NCBI GenBank assembly: GCA_022813865.1
Contig: JALDZX010000046.1
Coordinates: forward strand, 1-64,000
Direction: 5' to 3'
Source: Xylographa opegraphella
Lineage: Eukaryota
DNA length: 64,000 nucleotides
Shown: positions 26,401 to 37,514 of the stretch, in pieces
How the letters are laid out: every line of letters starts with the position of its first letter
Position numbering within the stretch: position 1 is the stretch's first letter
The notes under the pieces: generated by a model
Databases searched by the model: none
The model's input: the letters and a program-made list of their open reading frames with translations, nothing else
What the model was told of the DNA's origin: nothing
Made by a program: the position numbers and the translations under genes

Positions 26401-29400
26401 AGCAACTGAGGCCCCAGATCAACAACTACGAATTCCAATACGACAATCCCAGGGGTGCAAAATTCTCTTTGGATATCTCGCTTTTCGAACGACTGGTCCA
26501 TCCTCAATCTGGCTATCCGAAGCTTCCTTACAATTCGTTGGAGGTTCAGCGTCGGATGTATCCCTCGATTGCGGAGCTGGTTAGATCCACGCTCTATCCT
26601 AAGTTGCAAGATCACCCATCAGTATCCACGTATCCAGAAGTCGAGGGAATGCGGAAACGCCTCTTCTGGCTCGATCACAAGAAGAGAGAAGATGCTTCTC
26701 CCTCGAATGTAGCGCATTCACCTTCCAAGACTAATGCTTGGGAAGTAGAGATGACAGCTGCTTTGGTCTCTCATCTTGTCCGCCAAGGAATCTACCGGAA
26801 CGAAGATATCGCAGTCCTGACTCCTTATCTAGGACAGCTGCAGAAGCTCAAACAGCGTCTACGATCCTCCTTCGCGATCGTGGTCGGTGACCGAGACCTT
26901 GAAGACTTGGAGGCGAAGGGACTGGAGGGTGACAGTGAAGAACAGTCGACTGCAAATCAAGGTAATGTTCGCAAGACAACGTTGCTGAACGCTTTGAGGA
27001 TCGCCAGTGTAGACAACTTCCAGGGAGAGGAGGCGAAAGTCATCGTCATCTCATTGGTCCGGAGTAACGACGAAAGGAAGTGTGGATTCCTGAAGACGTC
27101 GAATCGCATCAACGTCTTGCTGAGTCGCGCCCGCCATGGTATGTATATTATCGGTAACTCACACACCGCGTGTTCTGTTCCTATGTGGGACAAAGTTATC
27201 ACAATGCTCGAGAACGACGGAAACATAGGTAATACTCTAGCGCTATGCTGCCCCCGACATAAAGAAACCCCAATCGAGGTATCGGAGCCCGACGACTTTT
27301 CTATCTTGTCGCCCGAAGGTGGCTGCAACAGAAAGTGTATTTCACGACTTGGATGCGGACATGCCTGTATCAATAAATGCCACTCGGAACCGCTGCATAA
27401 TGCTGTTCGGTGCCTGGAGCGCTGCCAAAAGGTCAAAAAAGGCTGTGATCACGCATGTCCGAAGTTTTGCGGAGACCCCTGCGATTCGAAATGTCAAATT
27501 CAAATGCCGAATATCACCTTGCCTTGTGGGCACGTTTCAACGAGCTTGGCATGCCACCTTGCACAGGCTCCGGAAGCTGTTCGATGCCATGCCTTGGTTG
27601 AAGCTGTTATGCTAGATTGCAAGCATACTGTAAAGGTTCGCTGCTGCGAACTTCCACTTGTAGTAGATCACCCATGCAACGCTGCATGCGGGGCCGCTCT
27701 CGGGTGTGGCCACGACTGTAAAGGGATCTGCAAAAATTGCAACGCAAGAGGTGCAGACGGCCATATCTCGGAGGTTAATCACGGTATCTGCAAGGCTCAA
27801 TGTAGCAGATCGTATACCACTTGCAGCCATGCGTGCTTAGAGGCATGCCATGGGGATAAGCCATGTCGGCTCTGCTTGGAGCCGTGCGAAGTTCGATGTA
27901 GTCACTCGCGCTGCAGTAAGAAATGCCACGAGCCTTGTGTTCCTTGCGTCGAAAATTGCTCCTGGTCTTGTCCACATCGAGGCGCGTGCAAATTGCCATG
28001 TGCTGTGCCCTGTGACCTGCTTCCATGTTCCAAACGCTGTCCGTTGACTCTCAGCTGTGGCCACGAGTGTCCCTCAGTCTGCGGCGAGATATGTCCAGAG
28101 CCTCGATATTGTCAAAGGTGTGCCGACAAGTCGGTAACGGATACGATGGTTGATTACATCCTGGGATCCACCTACGCCGAGATTGATCTAGACGAAAGCC
28201 CTTGTATCATTCCATCTTGTGGTCACATCCTCACCTTGGAAAGCATGGATGGCCACATGGAGATTGCAAATTACTACTACATCATATCTGATGACACCAC
28301 TTGTGAGAACTCCATTATCGGATTGAAGTCGAGGTCTGTTCCATTCTCGACGTCGGAGCTGAAAAACTGTCCTATGTGCCGTAGCCCTCTTCGCAATATC
28401 AATAGATATGGCCGCATAGTTCGACGAGCGTGGATCGACGAGGCGACTAAGAAATTTATTGTTTGGGCAAACGCCCGGTTTGTTCCCTTGGCCTCTAGAA
28501 TGGAGCAGGCAGAGGCCAAACTTCGAAAATCCGTCACTGAAAAGCAAGCCCACAAATCTCCGCTGCCTAGACAAGCGGAGCTATCTTCCGCGCTTGGCAA
28601 GCTTTCCCTCGAGCAGATTGTGCTTACCGGTTCTCGTGATCAACAGATAAAGGTAGTTCTCGAGGCCTGTAAGGCAGATCCCAGATACAAGGATATACCA
28701 AGGCTCCGCAAGGACATTAAGACATTTCTCACGGAAGTTGATGAAGCAGAACAACCCATCAGCCGCATTCACGGTCTCGTACAAGACGCTCATAAATATC
28801 GTGGGGTCAACACCGAAATCGCTGATATACCCTCCGTACTTCAAGTCCGCAATCGGCTCCTGGCAACAGTGCTACTCCTCCGCTGCGACTACGCCATATT
28901 CTTCGACTTCGTCACTCACGGCAGCGGAATGGCTTCAGGGGACAATCCTCGAGGCTTTCGTCTCAACCTTGCCCCCAATCGAAAAGATTGCGAAAACTTG
29001 ATCGAAGAGGCCCGATCCCGACAACAACCCACACAGGAAGTCGAGGGTCTCCTATATTGGGCCCGCTTCGTCGCCTTAGAGCGCAGCTGCTCAGCCAGCC
29101 TCTCTGACGCCGACATGACCACACTTGTCGAGCGTGCCTATGACCAAATCGACCTCGCACGCAATCTTTGCAACACATACCCGGGTCAAACAGCCGGCAT
29201 GCTAGTGGAAGTGTCTGACGCAGAGAAAATGCTCCGCGGCTCGACATTCTACGCGCCGGTGACGAATCTAGAGAAAGCGGCCGTCTACGCGGCCATGGCG
29301 CAGAGCTTTCAAGGTACGGGACACTGGTATTACTGCGCCAATGGACATCCTTTCACAGTGGGCGAGTGCGGCATGCCGATGCAGACGTCAAGGTGTCCCC

Positions 29401-29498
29401 AGTGTGGGGCTACGGTGGGCGGGGCCAACCATCGACCTGCAGACGGGGTCAGGCGAGCAGACGACTTGGAAGCGGAGTTTGGGAGGCGAGGCCGGTAG
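23473..29498 (+). CDS. ZNFX1-like (NFX1-type zinc finger) Upf1-family SF1 RNA helicase with N-terminal CCCH fingers and C-terminal RZ finger
   Basis: ATG 23473, intron 23490-23545, then one ~5.95-kb exon. Two CCCH fingers, GPRHDNDHANIFDIKILPT, Walker A IQGPPGTGKS, FEEAGE, IGDHEQLRP, SVDNFQGEE, NRINVLLSRAR, multiple NFX1 Cys/His repeats, RING-like CGH...CPMC and RZ finger GHWYYCANGHPFTVGECGMPMQTSRCPQCG. Confidence 0.95.
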
Positions 29499-29678
29499 AT
29501 CTCGTCAGATGCGGGAGGTGTTGTCAGTGTGTAGCAAGCGGATGCGGGGTTTTTGTTTCAGTCAAAAAGGAGAAATCACTTGACCGGTGTCCAGAGTGCT
29601 GCAATAAGCGGAGTGGTGGTAGGGCATAATATCCAGGCTGAAATTGCTCCGCATACCTATCTATGCTAGTGCACCTAC

Positions 29679-29846
29679 GTGCTCGCTCACGCTATACCCC
29701 TTGCTGCTCCGCTCGATGCCCCTTTGCCGCTCCCTCCCTCTCCCCTCCCCTCCGCTCCCTTGCTGCTCCCTCTGTGCTCTCTCTCTCTCCAAAAAGCCAC
29801 TCTGCTCCATCTCCCGAACGGAATCGGCAATCCCTAATCCAAAGTT
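29679..29846 (+). repeat. Diverged direct repeat copy 2 (GCTCCC-rich)
   Basis: Same order of blocks as 22471-22636: GTGC..CTATAC..GCTCCC array..CTCC.GA....CGGCAAT.....ATCC.AAGTT. Confidence 0.55.
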
Positions 29847-30533
29847 TTGGGGGGTGCCATATATGATGGATATATGTATACCACACCGAAACACCGCTCC
29901 GCAGTCGCCGGCGCTCGCTTGGGACTTCCCTTCCTTTCGAGCCTTTGTTGCTGTGATCCTGCTTTGATGCTGCGGTTGAGCGATGGGTACCTTAGTTTTT
30001 CCGGGTTTTTCGGGACTTGTGGTCGGGATGGGATGGGATGGGTATGGGCATCGTAACGGTCACGGCGTCGTTGGCGGGCTGGCCAGGGGGTAACGTGCTC
30101 GGGGCATCAGGGGGCTGGAAGAGGGGGGGGGGATCAGAGTCGTGTTCTGTGAAGAGACACGATAAATGGGCGTTGTGGGATGGGGTTTGGCACGTAGGCT
30201 GTGTAAATTAAAGGGTAGTGGAGCACGTGATGAAGCAACTTGCGAGGGAGGGCTTGACTTGTGTTTGTTGAGTGTTGAAATGCTCACTTTGCCTCATTTG
30301 GGGAGGCTGTCGACGAGATAACTTTTGAGGGGTATATGTGCTGCACTCGCTGTAGGTAATAGGCACGTGATCGGGATGGCGGGTGCAGAGATATGAAGAG
30401 TACGTAGGTAGGAGTGCTTCGCGATAGCGTTGGTGTAAGTTCAGGGCCTTGCTGAGGGCTCTTGTATTCCATGGCTGTCGAGCTGTAGCCACGGGCCTTC
30501 CCAGAGCGTTCGTGAACGACTACCCTCTCTTAT

Positions 30534-31862
30534 CTACACCACCGCCCCCAGTGCCATCTGCTCTCTCATGAAGAACGCCTTCGACTGCAAGCACCTTTCG
30601 CTCTTGCAACCCTGGCAGCGCAGCCGCATCTGCCGGCTGCACGCCTCCCCGCTCTGCAAATGCGCCGCCGCGATGTCCGCCAACGCCTGGATGAACACCG
30701 GGCTTCCGTTCAGGCTCTCCGCTCGCTTGACGCCCGGCGAGCCCGCTTCGTGGATCACCTCCTGGTCCAACTCGTACAGCGTTTCGATATGGTCGGACGT
30801 GAACGCGATCGGGATCAGCACCAGGTCTGTCTGGCCCTGCTTCACGTACGCCGCCACCGTGTCGCTCGTCTGCGCGCCCAGCCACGCCGACGGCCCTACC
30901 TGCGACTGCCAGCACAGCCGGTACGGGTTGCTGAATTTCAGCCTTTGCATCACCGCGTACACTGTCGCCGCCACCTCCGCCGGGTATGTGTCTCCGCGGT
31001 TGACAACGCTCATCGGCAGCGAGTGCGCTGAGAATAGCAGCACGACATCCTTGCGCCGCTCATCCGGGTATGTGGCCAATTGCGCCTCGACGTTGCGCGC
31101 AAATGCCTCCACCAAACCTGCGTGCACTGGCCACCGGTCGATCACACTCCACGTAATGGCACCTGGTCCCGCATCCTTTCCTTCCAGCCTTGTCCGCCAC
31201 TTCCACAGCTCATTCAGCGAGGATCCTGTCGTGCTGCAAGAGTATTGTGGATACTGCGTGAAAGCGACGGCGCGCCCGCCCTTACCGTTGCCGAACCCGT
31301 CGGCGAGCAGGCGTTCGTACATCTCTTCGGTGAGGGGGGCGGCGTAGCGGAAAGCGACGTAGGGTTTGTGTGGAGCAGTGCTGGGAGAGAGCTTGTCAAG
31401 GATCTTGCACATCTCGGAGGATTGGTACTCGGACCACTTGCGAATGGGCGAGCCGCCGCCGATGGCGGAGTATTGCTTTTGGATTTTTCCAGTGCGCCGC
31501 GCGGCGATGAGGGGTCCAAGGTAGGATTGTAGCCGTCCGAGAGGGATTAAATCGGCATCAGCCTGGACGCAGTGTTAGCAAGTAGCGGCGGAGATGGATT
31601 AACGGACTCGTACGAATAATCTGCTGAGAAAGTCACCGACTTCGCCAGTGGTGGAGGGACCGCCCATATTCATAAAGACGATGGCTGTAGGGCCTTTCGA
31701 AGACGTCGCATCTTGAGTAACTGGCGGTACCACGGTCGCCATCGTTCTGTTTGAGGGCTTGCTGGCTGTGCGCAGGCATGTGCTAGAGGGGGCGGGGAGC
31801 TGGAGGATGGGCGTAGGAGAAACGCGCCGCGCGAGCTGGGAGAGAGGGCTTCTGAGAGACAT
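30534..31862 (-). CDS. HEM15: Mitochondrial ferrochelatase (2 exons)
   Basis: Arg/Ser-rich presequence, MNMGGPST..EVGDFLSRLF|ADADLIPL, FRYAAPLT, QYPQYSCSTTGSS, FSAHSLP, WQSQVGP, FTSDHIETLYELD, C-terminal Fe-S cysteines. Confidence 0.97.
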
Positions 31863-32235
31863 GATGAGTCAAGGAATTGAAGGAAAGCCTCTGCGAGGTA
31901 AGGGGTGACAGGGTACAAGTTTGCTGAAGTGAACAAGAAGACAGCGTGCTGAGTTCTCTGATCCAGTAAGGATCAGAAAGCGAATTATTCCAATTCAATG
32001 ACGCTTGGTCGTTTACAGGGTTCCCAACTCGTTAAAGCTCGTTTAGTCCTGCCTAGTATGTAAACAGTCACGTGATTTCGTGTTTTTTGGAGTCGCTTCA
32101 CGTCTTTGGAGACCTGTTGATGCCTGGACACAACTGGAAATATTAGGAACGTTACATCATCGCAATGGCTTTGCTATTTGTGATACGCTCTTGATGGCAG
32201 ATAACAAAGCTTTGCCTTTCCGAAATTTCTCAGAG
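31863..32235. promoter_or_regulatory. Short bidirectional promoter between HEM15 and KU70, with an E-box
   Basis: 373 bp between divergent ATGs; GTCACGTGAT at 32067-32076 and three TCGTT motifs at 32009, 32029 and 32039. Confidence 0.55.
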
Positions 32236-34573
32236 ATGGCGAACGAGAACAAATGGAATTCCGAAGGAGCTAACGTGGAAGTAGAGGATGAGGAAGACGA
32301 GCTCGATGATACTGTATACACGCTATACTGCAGAAAGATCACTTTTCACCAAGCTGATGGTATATCAGGCTTACAAAAGCGCCAAAGATGCTGTCCTCTT
32401 CGCCATTGACATAAGTCCGTCAATGCTGACTGCACCAAGGCACAGTTCTTCAAAAAAGGCTGATCAAGACAGCCCTGCATCGGCCGCCCTGAAGTGTGCG
32501 TATACCCTGATGCAGCAGCGTATTATCTCTAGTCCCAATGACATGATGGGTATTCTACTGTACGGCACAGAGAAGACCAAATTTCGCGAAGAAGAAGATC
32601 GCCAGTCCCATATGGGGCTGTCCTATCCACATTGCTATCTGCTTGCTGATCTAGATATACCCGGTGCTGGGGACGTCAAGGCACTGAAGACTCTAATCGA
32701 GGACGAAGAAGAGTTTCAGAAGCTATTGATTCCGTCCGAAGAGCCTGCCTCTATGTCCAATGTATTGTTTTGTGCAAATCAAATATTCACGACTAGGGCC
32801 CCGAACTTTTCATCCAGACGATTGTTTATCGTCACAGATAATGACGATCCGCACGAAAGAAACAAAAATCTCAAGGCCTCCGCTGCAGTGCGCGCTAAGG
32901 ATCTGTACGACCTCGGGGTTATAATTGAGCTGTTTCCCATCTCTATGCCTGGCAGAGACTTTGATCGCGCCAAGTTTTATGATGTTAGCTGCCTCAGCTA
33001 GAGGACTTAATGCCATTCACTAAAATGTGTAGGATATCATCTATAACGAAACCCCGACCAATCCGGATGCCCCTGCACCAATTGCAGGAGCCACCAAAGT
33101 ATCTTCAACCGGCGACGGCATCACTCTCCTGAATTCTCTGCTCTCCTCCATAAACTCAAGAGCTGTCGCCAAACGCGCTCTCTTCTCCAACCTTCCACTC
33201 GAAATTGGCCCAGGTTTCAAAATCTCTGTGAAAGGCTACATCATCTTCAAACGGCAAGAGCCTAAACGCAGTTGCTACGTCTGGCTCAATGGCGACAAGG
33301 CTCAGATTGCCAAAGGTGTCTCCGCCCAAATCGCAGATGACACCGCCCGACAAGTCGAAAAAGGTGAGATTCGTAAAGCATACAAGTTCGGGGGCGAGCA
33401 AGTTACCTTCACTCCCGATGAGATTACCTCATTGCGCCATTTCGGCGATCCGGGCATTCGTATCATCGGCTTCAAGCCCATTTCAATGCTCCCCATATGG
33501 GCCAATCTTAGACCTTCCACCTTCATCTATCCCTCTGAAGACGACTACGTCGGCTCAACCCGTGTCTTTGCCGCCCTGCATCAGAAGCTTCTCAAAGACC
33601 AGAAGATAGGCCTGACCTGGTTTGTCGCGCGCAAAAATGCCGCTCCTGTCATTGCTGCGCTTGTTCCTGGTGCTGAAAAGCTCAGCGACGAGGGAGACCG
33701 GCTCCTTCCTGACGGACTATGGCTCATTCCATTGCCCTTCGCGGACGATATTCGGCAGAATCCTGAAACGCAACTTATTCGTGCCCCTGAGTCACTGATT
33801 GACATGATGCGTGTTGTCGTCCAGCAGCTACAGTTGCCAAAGGCAGAATATCGGCCGGAAAAATACCCCAATCCGGGTAAGTAATATCTTATACTACTTC
33901 ACGTTCCGGTTTGCGATGGTGCTGATTTGGGCTTTCTAGCACTCCAATGGCATTACCGCATTTTACAGGCTCTGGCCCTCGAGGAAGAACTTCCGGAGAA
34001 GCCAGACGACAAGACTATTCCCAAGTACAGGCAGATCGACAAGGTGCGTTACTTCAACTGTCACTTTCACTTCCCCTGCCTTTGCTTTCCTTCCTCCTAT
34101 TCTTGCCTTCTGCCGTCCGATTGTCATCGTGGCAACCTTCTGATCATGCCTAGCGGACTGGTTCTTACGTCACCGAATGGGGCCACGAGCTTGAAGCCCA
34201 ATATCAGATTTGGGCACAAGCCAATCGCAGCAGTGCCACTACAACCACGCTTGCAAAGCGACCTGCCGCTTCGGCTGTCAAGTCAGAGGGTGAGTCAAGT
34301 AAGCGTATCAGATTAGCAGCGGAGACCATCAGTGATTCGGAGATGCGGAGACATGTAAAGGCTGGGACAATGGGCAAGGTAAGGGATGTTCGGTTCTTAA
34401 CAACTCGAAGACTTTTGAGAGGACGTTCAGAGGCAGGTTCCACTAATACAATCTCACTGGGCTAGCTTACCGTCGCGATGTTGAAAGGGTGGTTACTGGA
34501 GAGGGGCCTTGATGTAGGGGGCAAGAAGCCGGAGTTGATAGAAAGAGTAGAGGGGATACTGGAAGGAGGTTGA
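32236..34573 (+). CDS. KU70: ATP-dependent DNA helicase II subunit 1 (Ku70), multi-exon
   Basis: [64 protein letters not shown]-terminal SAP domain [25 protein letters not shown]. Confidence 0.97.
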
Positions 34574-35065
34574 CCGAAAGTTGACCAAGTGCATGTATTA
34601 TACGGAGATGATTTATGAGGCCAATCGCGAAGGGTATATATCGGAGTAAGTAGCCTGGGCTTTGGCACCGCTCAATGGCGTAGGAAGTCGCCTACAGGGA
34701 GTGACTTGAGAGGAGAAAGCATGGTAGCTACCAAGCCGTATCGTGTAAAATAGGATAAAGCTACTGGATGTATGCAAACTTTCTGCTCATAAGTCTAACT
34801 TTTTCCTCAAGCTTGGGGCTGTATTGGCGAACAGGATGAGAATAGAGTATGTATACCATAATGGGCGTCCCCAAGCTCAATAGGCAATGGTAGGGAGTCG
34901 GCAGCTCAAGGTAAAGTATTTATCTCGTCGAACTTAAACGCTCTCGAATAGTCGCAACGCTAGTCCTAAAAGTCTTAGTGGGATCAGATTTCCAAATCGT
35001 CCACAGCTGGGATACATCAGCTTTACCTTTGAAATCATACAATTCCTCCTATTCTATCCATCATC

Positions 35066-35374
35066 ATGGACCCAAACAGCGACTACATGCGCAATCGCTT
35101 CCCTCAGACGTCGACAAGACTTCAAGAGGAGCCCAAAGATTACCCAACCACGCCCGGTCCTCCGAAGCAAACTCAATATCCAATCTGGGTTCCCTTCTCC
35201 AGCAAGAAGCCACGAAATGTGTATATTGAGATGATCCGAGAGTTTACCGGGGTTGCAATATTGATATTTGCCTTTACGTTCGTCTTTTTCGGCTTACTCT
35301 CGATGATTCCGGAGGATGTGCAGAGCAGAAGTATCATGTCGAGACCCAAATCAACGATTCACCGCAGCCCATGA
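35066..35374 (+). CDS. Possible small single-pass membrane protein
   Basis: 102-aa ATG ORF with one strongly hydrophobic segment (GVAILIFAFTFVFFGLLSMI); no family recognised. Confidence 0.3.
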   Translation: MDPNSDYMRNRFPQTSTRLQEEPKDYPTTPGPPKQTQYPIWVPFSSKKPRNVYIEMIREFTGVAILIFAFTFVFFGLLSMIPEDVQSRSIMSRPKSTIHRSP

Positions 35375-35723
35375 CTTACAGTCAGTCATTGATTCCAGGT
35401 CGGACCTTCGTCACTGCTCTCGACCACTTTCCTCCACGGGTCTACCCCTATCAGGTCGATTCCGAATGATTTTCAAGCTCACCTTTATCACACTGGCTCA
35501 GACTATCTATTCTCCTGCCTCATCCAGCCTGCGCCAAGACACCACCGGGTAACAATTCTTCATGACGCGCAGAGCGGGGTGGTCGTCCATATCGCTTAAG
35601 AAAAAGAATTGATGCCATTGCTGTTGTGTATTTACTTCTACCATTGCACAATCTTCCAAACCTGCTCTCTTACATCAGACCCATTCCTCATATATTCTAC
35701 CTGGACTCCCCGACACTAAAACC

Positions 35724-36692
35724 ATGGCTAATCCCAAGGGCAACGAAGGATTCCTCGACTTTCATGTTCCTACCGCTGGAAAAGCTTGTCAGACCTGGTA
35801 CACAACCTTCGGCGACTACAAGCCAGGTACTCGTGCACTCGTCGTCCTCCATGGCGGTCCTGGCATATCCCACGACTATCTCAATCCTATCAGTGACATC
35901 GCATCCTATGGGATACCCGTAATTATGTATGATCAACTCGGCTGCGGCAACTCAACCCACATAAAAGAAAAGTACGGGGACGGATCGTTTTGGACCATCC
36001 AGTTATTCCTGGACGAGTTGGATAACTTGCTCGAAAAGCTTGGCATCAAGGACGACTATGACATCCTCGGCCATTCGTGGGGCGGCATGTTGGCGTCGGA
36101 GCATGCTATCAGGCAACCCAAGGGGCTGAGAAAGCTCATCATCTCATGTTCGCCAGCGAGTATGAAGACGTGGGTAGTCGTGGCCAACAAGCTCCGGGCC
36201 GAGCTGCCGGAGGATGTCCAGGAAACACTAAAGAAGCACGAGGCCGATGGAACAACAGAGACCAAGGAGTATGAGGATGCCGTCAATGTGTACTACGAGA
36301 GACACGTCTGCAGGATCAAGCCTTTTCCCGACGACATGCTGCTGGCGTTCTCGAAGCTGAAGGAGGATGACACCGTTTCCATGACCATGTAAGCTGTGAC
36401 CCTTCTGACATATACCAGCACGAGCTAAGACAATCGCAGGAACGGGCCCTCGGAGTTCTTCATCACCGGCACGCTGAAGGAGTGGACCAACGTCGACCGC
36501 TTGCACAACATCAAAGTCCCCACCTTGCTCGTCAATGGGAAATACGACGAGGCGCAGGACGAGTGCGTGGAGCCGTATGCGACGAACATCCCCGGCTGCA
36601 AGTGGGTTAAGTTCGCGAACTCGAGCCACTCCCCGCAGTGGGAGGAGCGGGAAAAGTACATGAAGGTGGCGGCCGACTTTCTGCAATCATAG
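35724..36692 (+). CDS. Proline-specific peptidase / L-amino acid amidase (alpha/beta hydrolase, S33-like), 2 exons
   Basis: HGGPG, YDQLGCGNS, nucleophile GHSWGG, intron ~36389-36439 joining TM|NGPSEF, then PTLLVNGKYDEA and SSHSPQWEE. Confidence 0.95.
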
Positions 36693-37514
36693 AATCAGAT
36701 CAGTATAGTGTACCAGATTAATTGTCCGAGCTCTTGCATGATCTTGTGGCCAATGCTCCGAAATCTTGCATTGGGATGCTCCATGAGACCATGCCGCTCC
36801 CTCGCTCCGGCTCGTATACGTATATCGAGGGAGTGGGCGCTACTCGATGCAAAACACTCAAACAGATTAATGCCCTTCTTGACGCGTCCCCTTTCCTTGC
36901 CATGCTCATCAACGTCACCCGTCGTCACCACCACTTCCTCCACGTCCTCCCCACGCTGCTCAAACCACCTTCTCTATGCCCTACCACCCCCCCCGCCCAA
37001 CCATAGCTCAAACCCCACCACGCCACTCCAACCCTGGCTCCCGGTCACCGGGTTATCTCGTGCCCATCATCGATGGGCGATGATCGTGTGCGGCAGGTTG
37101 AGGCTTAGAGGATAGTGTGAAGGGCTAGCTGGCCGGCTGACTGAACGAGGAAAGAACGGGGTATATTGGGTAGATGGGCTTATAACAAGCATACATACAT
37201 GATATGAACTGATACAGCAGAGCAAGCCACTTTCCGGGGTAAGCCGTATCATCAAAGCAAGAGCGACATACATGGTATAACTAGCCCACTCAAAGCCCTC
37301 AAGCACCCACCCACCCCCCCACCCACACATTACAAAAGTAGACTACACTACACTCGTGACACAAGTAGAAGATTGAAAGCCTTCGTAGCCAAAACCACCC
37401 CGTTTCCCCCACACCTCACCTAACAATACATCATGACGCAAAATTAATAGAAAATAGAAAGTATCCGGGTATCAATCATCCTCCCCTCCTCTCCCTCCAA
37501 ACCCCCACCCCCCA

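Noticed and set aside
30520..31532. Several plus- and minus-strand ORFs overlapping HEM15
   Set aside because: Alternative-frame shadows of a GC-rich coding exon.
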